A DNA stretch of 21,035 bases from Candidatus Micrarchaeia archaeon (GTDB lineage: Archaea > Micrarchaeota > Micrarchaeia > Burarchaeales > JACRGF01), in the NCBI GenBank assembly GCA_038870455.1, contig JAWCPB010000021.1:1-21035 (forward strand). The letters run 5' to 3'. Numbering within the stretch: position 1 is the stretch's first letter; each line of letters opens with the position of its first letter. Under the pieces are notes generated by a model. That model did no database searches. It had not been told where the DNA came from and was given only the letters and a program-made list of their open reading frames with translations. This document shows positions 8,248 to 15,387 of this stretch, piece by piece. The position numbers and the translations under genes are program-made.

Positions 8248-9288
8248 ATGGCTGTCGTGGAGGCTATCGCGAAGCTCGTCGAGAGGCGGGAGCTGACGCC
8301 CGAGGAGGCGGAGGCGGCCATGGCCGAGATAATGAGGGGCGAGGCCACCGAAGCGCAGATAGCCGCCTTCCTGACAGCGCTGAGGATGAAGGGCGAGAGC
8401 ATCGGCGAGATCGCTGCCTTCGCGCGCGTGATGAGGGCGAACTGCGTCAAGGTGGCCACGTCCGTGCCCGCCATCGACACGTGCGGCACGGGCGGCGATG
8501 CGCTCAAGACGTTCAACGTCAGCACGTGCGCCGCTTTTGTCTTGGCTGGGGCGGGCTTGTTTGTTGCGAAGCACGGGAACAGGGCCGTGACGAGCAAGGC
8601 CGGCAGCGCCGACGTGCTCGAAGAGCTTGGGGTTAATCTCGGCCTGCAGGCGGGCGAGTGGGCGAGGGTGCTCGAGAAGGCAGGCATCGCCTTCTTGTTC
8701 GCGCCCGTATTTCATCCGGCGATGCGGCACGCGGTCAAGCCGCGCCGGGACATCCGCATCAGGACGGTGTTCAACGTGCTCGGGCCAATCACCAACCCAT
8801 TCGGGGCGAAGAGGCAGATCATGGGCGTTTATGCGCCCGAGCTCGTGGAGAAGATGGCCCGCGTGCTCAAGGAGCTGGGGTGCGAGAAGGGCTTTGTCGT
8901 GCACGGAGTGGATGGCATTGACGAGGTTTCGATCATTGGCCGGACGCTCGTGGCGGAGATAGGCGCTGGGGAAGTGAGGAAGAGGGAGGTCGTGCCCGAG
9001 GACTTCGGCCTGCATAGGGCGCGCGCGGAGGAAATCCTCGGGGGCGACGCGGCCACCAACGCGCGCATACTCGTCAGCATACTCAAGGGAGAGAATGGCC
9101 CGCGCAGGGACGTCGTGCTGGCGAACGCCGCGCTCGGGCTCATCGCTGGCGGCAAGGCTTTCGAGCTGCGCGAGGCCGTGGCAAAGGCGGAGAGGGCAAT
9201 CGACTCCGGCAGGGCGCTGGCCAAGCTCAAGGCTCTCGTCAAGGAAAGCGGGGGAAACGAGGAAAAGCTGCGGGCGGCCGGAGCTTGA
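8248..9288 (+). CDS. trpD: Anthranilate phosphoribosyltransferase
   Basis: AFLTALRMKGES, DTCGTGGD, TFNVST, KHGNRAVTSKAGSADVLE, FHPAMRHA, RTVFNVLGP and GIDE. Confidence 0.97.
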   Translation: MAVVEAIAKLVERRELTPEEAEAAMAEIMRGEATEAQIAAFLTALRMKGESIGEIAAFARVMRANCVKVATSVPAIDTCGTGGDALKTFNVSTCAAFVLAGAGLFVAKHGNRAVTSKAGSADVLEELGVNLGLQAGEWARVLEKAGIAFLFAPVFHPAMRHAVKPRRDIRIRTVFNVLGPITNPFGAKRQIMGVYAPELVEKMARVLKELGCEKGFVVHGVDGIDEVSIIGRTLVAEIGAGEVRKREVVPEDFGLHRARAEEILGGDAATNARILVSILKGENGPRRDVVLANAALGLIAGGKAFELREAVAKAERAIDSGRALAKLKALVKESGGNEEKLRAAGA

Positions 9289-9292
9289 GGGC

Positions 9293-10057
9293 ATGAGCTC
9301 CTTCCTGAAGAGAGTCATTCCGAGGATAGGAAAGCTCGTTGAAAGCGGCTTTTATGACGTGAGGTTTCCGCCGAAGAAAAAACGCTCGCTGGCTGGGGCG
9401 GTGGAGGGCGCGGCGCGCGGCGCAATACCGCTCATCGCTGAGATCAAGCCGGCCTCGCCGAGCGCCGGAAGGCTGTTTTGCGGAGACGCGCGCGCAGCCG
9501 CAGGGAAGATGGTCGCTGGGGGGGCGGTTGCGCTGTCCGTGCTGACAGAACCAAGGTTCTTTGGGGGAAGCGCCGTGCTGCTGAAAGAGGATTTCGGCGT
9601 GCCGCTGCTGCAAAAGGATTTCATCGCCAGCGAGCGGCAGTTCCTTGACGGGGCGGACGCCGTGCTGCTCATTCAGGCGCTGCTCGATGCGGTCGGGGCC
9701 GACGCCGAAGCGCTCATCGAAAAGGCGCACGCGAGGGGGCTTGAGGTGATGCTCGAAGCGCACACGCTGGACGAGTTCAGGAGGGCGAAGAAAACGCGCG
9801 CCGACCTCATCGGGATAAACAACAGGAGCCTCGCCAGCCTCAGGGTTGATTTGCGCACGACGGGGAGGATACTGCGCGCTGAGGCAAAAGATAGGTTGGT
9901 TGTCAGCGAAAGCGGCATAAGGAACAGGGCGGACGCGCTGAGGATGCTCAGGGCCGGCGCCGACGCCGTGCTCGTGGGGACGAGCCTGCTGCGGGCCAAG
10001 GACATTGAGGGAAAGGTGAGGGGAATTGTCTGGGGGAGAGTGGGAGGAAAAGGTTGA
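9293..10057 (+). CDS. trpC: Indole-3-glycerol phosphate synthase
   Basis: The true start is probably ATG at 9293, 4 nt after the trpD stop, not 9095. Motifs IAEIKPASPS, LSVLTEPRFFGGS, KDFI, LEAH, IGINNR, VSESGI and VLVGTSL. The C-terminus may be frameshifted (see findings). Confidence 0.93.
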   Translation: MSSFLKRVIPRIGKLVESGFYDVRFPPKKKRSLAGAVEGAARGAIPLIAEIKPASPSAGRLFCGDARAAAGKMVAGGAVALSVLTEPRFFGGSAVLLKEDFGVPLLQKDFIASERQFLDGADAVLLIQALLDAVGADAEALIEKAHARGLEVMLEAHTLDEFRRAKKTRADLIGINNRSLASLRVDLRTTGRILRAEAKDRLVVSESGIRNRADALRMLRAGADAVLVGTSLLRAKDIEGKVRGIVWGRVGGKG

Positions 10058-10181
10058 AGAGAAGAGGAAGGCGAGAGAGGCGAAGAAGAAAAGACGCGAG
10101 TACATTCCTTTCGGCAGGAAGGTCAGGCCTTCGAGGAAAAGCCTTTGACTGGGCCGCAGAGCGCGTGCGGTTAATTGTTAG

Positions 10182-10378
10182 TGGGCCCGAGGAGATTTTC
10201 AGCCGCCCCCGCCCCATCGAGCAGGGGTTTGGGCGATGACGGACTAAGGGGGTGGAACTCCCCTTGGGCTGTCATTTGAACTCCTGACCCGCGGCTGTCG
10301 CAGGCGCTCCGCACCAGCATCGTGTGTGAGAGAGCGTCGTATAAGACCGCTGCTCTAACCTGGCTGAGCTACGGGCCC
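10182..10378 (-). tRNA. tRNA-Ile(UAU) with two introns (37/38: 10339-10297; 59/60: 10274-10196)
   Basis: Minus strand: GGGCCCG TA GCTC AGCCAGGTTA GAGC A GCGGT CT TAT A [43-nt intron] A GCCGC GGGTC AGGAG TTCAAA [79-nt intron] T CTCCT CGGGCCC A. Acceptor, D and T stems are perfect, the anticodon stem has one U-G pair, the discriminator is A73, and CCA is not encoded. Confidence 0.9.
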
Positions 10379-10380
10379 GA

Positions 10381-10415
10381 GCATGTTTTATATTGTGGCA
10401 TATTAAAATTACTTC
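10381..10415. promoter_or_regulatory. Compact divergent promoter tRNA-Ile/srp54
   Basis: 37-bp AT-rich spacer. TTTTATAT (10386-10393, + strand) is about 22 nt before the srp54 ATG, implying a leaderless mRNA. TTTTAATA on the minus strand (about 10408-10401) lies upstream of the tRNA. Confidence 0.6.
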
Positions 10416-11753
10416 ATGGTCGATTTGGGAGCGGGCTTGAGGCGGGCGCTGGCCAAGCTGACGGGCGCGGCCATGGTCGATGAGCGGGCTGTCAAGGAGC
10501 TCGTCAAGGAGATGCAGAGGACGCTCATAACGGCTGACGTGAATGTCAGGCTGGTTTTCGAGCTGACCAAGAGAATTGAGGAAAGGGCGCTCAAGGAAAA
10601 GCCGCCTGCGGGAATGAGCGTTAAGGAGTGGGTCGTGAAAGTCGTTTATGACGAGCTGGTCAAGCTTGTTGGAGAAAAGCACGAGCCTAAGCTCAGGAAG
10701 CAAAAAATTCTTCTGCTCGGGCTCTTCGGCAGCGGGAAGACCACGCAGGCCGCGAAAATCGCGCACTTCTTCAAGTCGCGCGGGCTCAGCGTCGGCCTGG
10801 TGTGCGCGGACGCGGCGAGGCCTGCCGCGTTCGAGCAGCTGCAGCAGCTGGCGCAGAAGGTGAAGGCCGATTTCTACGGAGAGAAGGGGGCGAAGGAGGC
10901 GGTCGGGGTCGCCAAGCGAGGGCTGGAGAGAATGAAGGAAAAAGATGTCGTGCTCATCGACTCTTCCGGAAGAAGCGCTTTCGACGCGGAGCTGGCGAGG
11001 GAGTTGAAGGAGATAAACGCCGCGGTCATGCCTGACGAAAAGTTTTTGGTTGTGTCAGCGGACGCGGGCCAGGTTGCGGGCAGGCAGGCCGAGGAGTTCA
11101 ACAGGGCGGTGGGCGTGACCGGCGTTGTCATCACGAAGATGGACGGGAGCGGAAAGGGAGGGGGGGCCATCAGCGCGGTGGCGGCCAGCGGAGCGCCGAT
11201 AACCTTCCTGGGGGTGGGCGAGAAGATTGACGACCTCGAGGTTTTTGACGCGAAACGGTTCGTGGGAAGGCTGCTTGGCTTCCCAGACTTGGAGAGCTTG
11301 CTGGAGCGCGTGAAGAAGGTTGCGGAGGAAGAGGGGCTTCGGGAGGAGGCGCTCGAGGAAAAACTCACCATAAAGACTTTCTACGAGCAGTTGAGGGCGG
11401 CGCGGAAGCTGGGACCCCTGCAGAGCGTGTTCGGCATGCTGGGCGCGCCCGATGTGCCCAAGGAGATACTCCACCAGAGCGAGGCCAAGCTCAAGAAGTA
11501 CGAGGTCATCATCAACTCGATGACTCCGGCCGAGAGGGAGGACGCCGGCCTGCTGAGGAAACAGAAGAACAGGATGGAGAGGGTGGCGAGGGGAGCCGGA
11601 GCGAGTGTCGAGGAGGTCAGGGAGCTTCTGACGCAGTTCGAGCGAGTGCAGAAGATGATGGACGCGGTTAGGAAGAACAGGGGCCTGCGCAGGAGGCTCG
11701 AGGGCCTGCTGAAAGGAGGAAAGCTGCCTGGCCTGCCGGGTTTCGGGATGTAA
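10416..11753 (+). CDS. srp54: Signal recognition particle protein Srp54
   Basis: N domain (LITADVN), SRP-GTPase motifs GLFGSGKTT, RPAAFEQL, DSSGR, TKMDGSGKGGGAIS and GVGEKIDDLE, and M domain (GPL, INSMTPAER, RVARGAG). Confidence 0.96.
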   Translation: MVDLGAGLRRALAKLTGAAMVDERAVKELVKEMQRTLITADVNVRLVFELTKRIEERALKEKPPAGMSVKEWVVKVVYDELVKLVGEKHEPKLRKQKILLLGLFGSGKTTQAAKIAHFFKSRGLSVGLVCADAARPAAFEQLQQLAQKVKADFYGEKGAKEAVGVAKRGLERMKEKDVVLIDSSGRSAFDAELARELKEINAAVMPDEKFLVVSADAGQVAGRQAEEFNRAVGVTGVVITKMDGSGKGGGAISAVAASGAPITFLGVGEKIDDLEVFDAKRFVGRLLGFPDLESLLERVKKVAEEEGLREEALEEKLTIKTFYEQLRAARKLGPLQSVFGMLGAPDVPKEILHQSEAKLKKYEVIINSMTPAEREDAGLLRKQKNRMERVARGAGASVEEVRELLTQFERVQKMMDAVRKNRGLRRRLEGLLKGGKLPGLPGFGM

Positions 11754-11806
11754 GCGTTTTTGGGGAGGGCCGGCGAGCGGGTTCCTGCACGCGCCTTGGG
11801 TGCGAG

Positions 11807-13549
11807 CTATTTTTTCAGACGCTCCTGCGCGCTGGAGTTGCCGACGAGCGTTTTTGCCTTGAGGCTGGCGCTCCAGATGTAGAGCAGCGCGACGAGAAGG
11901 AGGAGAACGGCGAGGCCCGTGACGAGAAGCGACGGAATCAAGGGGGTCGCGAGCGGCGAGAGGAAGGCGAGGGCTATCAGTATGAATGCAACGGAGAGGT
12001 CGCGGATGAACAGCGCGCCGGCCCTGCCCTCTTCCTTGAGCACGGCGGAGAGCGTCAGGTCGATGACTCTCTTTATGCGCAGCACGGCGAGGATGACCGA
12101 CAGGAAGGCCGCGAGCATGAGCACGGAGATGGCCGCGAGGGCGAGCGTGCCGGCGCCCGGAGCGAGAAGCACCGAGAGTGTGAGGAAGGTGACGGCCGCG
12201 AACAGGAAGCCGACCGCATGCAGCGAGGCCGGCAGGAGCTCGTCGTAAACACGGGCCGGCGCCCTGCCGGGAACGGGGCGGGGGGCGGACAGGGCCTCCC
12301 TCACCTCGCGCAGCCCTCCGGCCGTGCGGCGACCCATCCACAGGAGCTCGCTCGGCAGCACACGCACGGCCAGCGCGTAAACCTCGTTCTCCCGGGTTAT
12401 GAGCAGCGAGGTGGCCAGCACGCTGACGAAAATTACGACGCTCGCTATGCTGAGCACGTCGATGTCGATTATGTTCAGCGCCGCGCCCTCCTTGGCCACG
12501 AGCAGCGACACCTCGCTGAGCGTGAGCATGGCTATGCCGATGAAGGAGGAGGAGCGGCCGCGGAAGCCCGTGAAGTAGGCGCTGATGCTCGCACCAGTGA
12601 ATTTGCCGAAGATGGCTATGGCCGTGAAGGCGAGCGCGAGCGGCAGGTTCTGGAGGACCGCGCCGAGGTCCGCCAGCATGCCTATGGAGAAGAAAAACAA
12701 TGCGGAGAAGAGCACGGCAAAGTGGCGGAGGCCGTCCCAGATTTGCTTCGCCTCCGGAAGGCCCGCGAGCACGCTTCCGGCGAGGAAAGCGCCTATGCTC
12801 GGGGATACGCCGAGCGCGTCGCCCGCCCACGCCATGCCGAGCGTCACCGTTAGAGCGGTGAGAAGCAGCGCCTCCTCGCTGTAGGCGACGACGCGCACGA
12901 AGCGCTTGAGAAAGCCCGCGAGAACGATGTAGGCGAAAGCGAACGCCAGGATGGTCTTCGCCAGCGCGAGCGGCAGCGCCAGCGCCGCCGAGGGCTCGCG
13001 CGCCAGGCTCGACAGGAAGGCGAGGCTGAACACGGCAAAAACGTCTTCGAGGATGAGCACGGCGACTATGAGCGGGACTTCGGCGCGCTCGATGAGGTCC
13101 CTCTCGCGCAGTATCCTGATGATGAGCGGGGTGGAGGACATGCTGAGGATGACGCCGATGAAAAGGCTGGCGCGTACGCCGAAGCCGAAAGCCATCGAGG
13201 CGGTGTAGCCAAGAAGGAAGACGAAGCCAATCTTGATGAACGCGGCGAGGATGGCGCCCCAGCCAAGGCGCTGGAGCCTGCCCAGGCTGAACTCCAGACC
13301 TATCTCGAAAAGCACCAGAATGGCCCCGATGTAGGCAAGGAAATCGACGGTGCTCGTCTCGCTGATGGTCAGCTCGCTGAGGTCGAAGGAGTCGATGCGG
13401 ATGCCCGCGAGCGGAGAGTGCGGGCCCAGCAGCACGCCGGCGAGCAGCACGCCGAGCACGAAGGGAAGGTGCAGGCGATTGAACACGAGCGCGGCGGCTA
13501 TGATGGTGATTAGGATGGTGCTCAGCGACAGGACAGAGAAAGGCGCCAC
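11807..13549 (-). CDS. Cation:proton antiporter, CPA2 (Kef-like) family, with extra C-terminal membrane domain
   Basis: GVLLGP, LFEIGLEFS, SMSST, LILEDVFAV, GAFLAG and FFFSIGM motifs. About 13 TM in the core plus about 4 additional C-terminal TM; GTG start. Confidence 0.88.
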   Translation of the reverse strand: MAPFSVLSLSTILITIIAAALVFNRLHLPFVLGVLLAGVLLGPHSPLAGIRIDSFDLSELTISETSTVDFLAYIGAILVLFEIGLEFSLGRLQRLGWGAILAAFIKIGFVFLLGYTASMAFGFGVRASLFIGVILSMSSTPLIIRILRERDLIERAEVPLIVAVLILEDVFAVFSLAFLSSLAREPSAALALPLALAKTILAFAFAYIVLAGFLKRFVRVVAYSEEALLLTALTVTLGMAWAGDALGVSPSIGAFLAGSVLAGLPEAKQIWDGLRHFAVLFSALFFFSIGMLADLGAVLQNLPLALAFTAIAIFGKFTGASISAYFTGFRGRSSSFIGIAMLTLSEVSLLVAKEGAALNIIDIDVLSIASVVIFVSVLATSLLITRENEVYALAVRVLPSELLWMGRRTAGGLREVREALSAPRPVPGRAPARVYDELLPASLHAVGFLFAAVTFLTLSVLLAPGAGTLALAAISVLMLAAFLSVILAVLRIKRVIDLTLSAVLKEEGRAGALFIRDLSVAFILIALAFLSPLATPLIPSLLVTGLAVLLLLVALLYIWSASLKAKTLVGNSSAQERLKK

Positions 13550-13577
13550 ACTTTAGGTGAAGGGCTTTAATAATTAA

Positions 13578-13847
13578 TTAGTCGCCGTGGTTGTTCCACA
13601 GCACGCGCTTCTGCTGAAGCAGGTCCTTGGCGATGGCGAGCAGTTGGGTGGAGAGGCGCAGCGCCTCGTCCGGCGAGAGCTTTATCGCCTGCGAGGCCGC
13701 GCTGTTCTGGAGGCGGAGGGTGATGACGCCGTCGCGGGGAAAGCCGTTGTTCAGCTGCGGCGGCTCGCTCTCTATGCGCAGGGCGTTGCGGTGGGACTCG
13801 CCCTTCTCGTCCTTCCACCAGTGGATGAGCTCTTCCTCAACAACCAA
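13578..13847 (-). CDS. Small hypothetical protein, possibly PC4/Whirly-like nucleic-acid-binding fold
   Basis: Probable TTG start at 13847, preceded by GAGG and by a TTTTTTAAA box at about 13889-13881. It encodes MVVEEELIHWWKDEKGESHRNALRIE...GVITLRLQN...AIKLSPDEALRLSTQLL (89 aa). The upstream part of the 13578-14192 ORF appears to belong to the neighbouring gene. Confidence 0.7.
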   Translation of the reverse strand: MVVEEELIHWWKDEKGESHRNALRIESEPPQLNNGFPRDGVITLRLQNSAASQAIKLSPDEALRLSTQLLAIAKDLLQQKRVLWNNHGD

Positions 13848-13917
13848 TGCCGTCGCCTCGCTTGAGGTTGGAGGCCGGGGTTTAAAAAAGCCCTGGGGGT
13901 GGAGTTCCGGTGAAAAA

Positions 13918-14379
13918 TCAGGCCGTGGCGTTTTCATCGCGATGAGGCTTCCCGTACAGTGGGGCTTGAAGTCGGCGGGCGCGATGGCTGGCGGGCAGGA
14001 CGGGAGCAGGCATGACATCCTCAGGCCTCTGGATAGGGAGGACGGCAACTTCGGACCTGTCTCCGATGAGGCTGAGGATTTCAACCGAAGCATTGGGTGA
14101 AGACGGGTCGCCGCTCCATGGCACGACGCCGCGCGCCGGCGCGCAGTCGTTCCTGCAGGCGCTGAGCAGGCAGTCGCTGTCGGCGCACTCAATGGGCGCG
14201 GCCGGGGCTGCGACGGGAGTGGGCGCTGGAAAAGCCTGCGGGGGCGTGAACGAGAGATTGACGACGGGCGCGGAGACCGACTGGCGCCATAGCGGGAAGG
14301 CCGCGAGTGCGGCCAGCATGATGGTAACAGCCAACGCTACTCCCAGCACGCCCAACGCGCGCGCGAGCCTGACGCGCGT
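13918..14379 (-). pseudogene. Membrane-anchored Cys-rich exported protein, apparently frameshifted near 14040
   Basis: TM helix, Pro/Ala linker and ECADSDCLLSACRNDCAPA in one frame. The Cys-rich continuation GLRMSCLLPSC...HCTGSL lies in the next frame after GCC GTC C TCC. ACG stands where an ATG would be expected (14379). The 3' boundary is uncertain. Confidence 0.55.
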
Positions 14380-14441
14380 GTAAGAGCCCGGGGGGTGAGA
14401 AACGCGTCTGGGTTTTAAAGTTATGCGGCGAATTCCTCCTT

Positions 14442-15386
14442 ATGGTGCTGGCCGAGGCGCTCGTGCTGCTCGCGGCGCTCGCAGTGCTCGAGAGGTCGAG
14501 CGCGCGGGTGATTGACAGCGCCGTGAAGCTGGCGCAGTTTTTCGGAGTGATGGAGGCGACGATAGGGTTTGTGCTCGTATCGGTTTCGACGAGCCTGCCC
14601 GAGCTGGCCGTGTCGGTCATCGCCTCGAGCGCAAGGGAAGGCTCGATTGTTGCCGGAAACGTTTTCGGAAGCAACATCGCGGACGCCATGCTCATACTCG
14701 GCATAATCGCGAGCTTCTACGTCATCCGCGTGGCGAGGCCTGACATGAAGGAAATAGCACTCGTGCTGCTTGTCGCCTCGCTCATCACGAGCGGGATAAT
14801 ATACACGACCGGGCTTGGGAGGCTCGAGGGCACGCTGCTCATCCTGGCGTTCGTGGTGTACGTGTTCTACCTCACGCGCAAGCGCGTTTCGGTCGCCGGG
14901 CCGAACGGAGTAACCCGGGGGACCGCGCTGAGGGCTTTCGCGTGGTTCTGCGCCGGCATCGTGCTGGTGCTGGTGAGCGCGCACTTCGTTGTTGAAAACG
15001 CGGTTGCGATCGCCAACGAGCTGGGGCTCGCCAAGAGCTTTGTTGGCGCGACCATCATCGCTGTGGGCACGAGCCTGCCCGAGCTGGCGGTCGACGTGCA
15101 GGCGGTGAGGAGAAAAAAGTACGGGCTGGCGCTCGGCGATGCGATTGGCAGCATGATGGCCAACCTCACGCTCGTGCTGGGCCTCGCGGCTTTCATGAAC
15201 CCCATCAGGCTCAACATGGCCATTTTCCTGCCCATCATGTTGTTCGCCGTGGCTGCCAACACCATTCTGCTGTACTTCATGAGCACGCAGAACAAGCTCG
15301 CGCGCAGGGAAGGGCTCGCCATGCTCGCCTTCTACGCGTTCTACCTCCTCGTGATTTTCAACATTCAGATAATGGTGAAGGCGTAG
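14442..15386 (+). CDS. Sodium:calcium exchanger (CaCA superfamily, YrbG/NCX-like)
   Basis: Two alpha repeats, STSLPELAVS...GNVFGSNIAD and GTSLPELAVD...GDAIGSMMAN; about 10 TM. Confidence 0.92.
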   Translation: MVLAEALVLLAALAVLERSSARVIDSAVKLAQFFGVMEATIGFVLVSVSTSLPELAVSVIASSAREGSIVAGNVFGSNIADAMLILGIIASFYVIRVARPDMKEIALVLLVASLITSGIIYTTGLGRLEGTLLILAFVVYVFYLTRKRVSVAGPNGVTRGTALRAFAWFCAGIVLVLVSAHFVVENAVAIANELGLAKSFVGATIIAVGTSLPELAVDVQAVRRKKYGLALGDAIGSMMANLTLVLGLAAFMNPIRLNMAIFLPIMLFAVAANTILLYFMSTQNKLARREGLAMLAFYAFYLLVIFNIQIMVKA

Positions 15387-15387
15387 C

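Noticed and set aside
9095-9292. N-terminal extension of trpC in the ORF track
   Set aside because: Overlaps trpD in another frame and is not protein-like; ATG 9293 fits operon spacing.
8209-10105. Minus-strand ORFs of 369 aa and 288 aa
   Set aside because: Antisense shadows of trpD and trpC.
10182-10200. tRNA 3' end as an integration (att) site for the trp/ilvE block
   Set aside because: I saw no duplicate of the tRNA 3' end and no integrase in the window.
10054-10239. 61-aa + strand ORF after trpC
   Set aside because: Runs antisense into the tRNA gene; the alternative frame ending at 10148 is more protein-like.
10291-10350. Alternative intron positions giving CGA or UGA (Ser) anticodons
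   Set aside because: They would put C at position 37, and the tRNA has a short variable loop and A73, inconsistent with tRNA-Ser.
11055-12830. 591-aa minus-strand ORF
   Set aside because: Arg/Ala/Pro-rich out-of-frame overlap of the antiporter and antisense to srp54.
14589-15088. Repeated ~20-mer ACGAGCCTGCCCGAGCTGGC
   Set aside because: Encodes the two TSLPEL alpha repeats intrinsic to CaCA exchangers.
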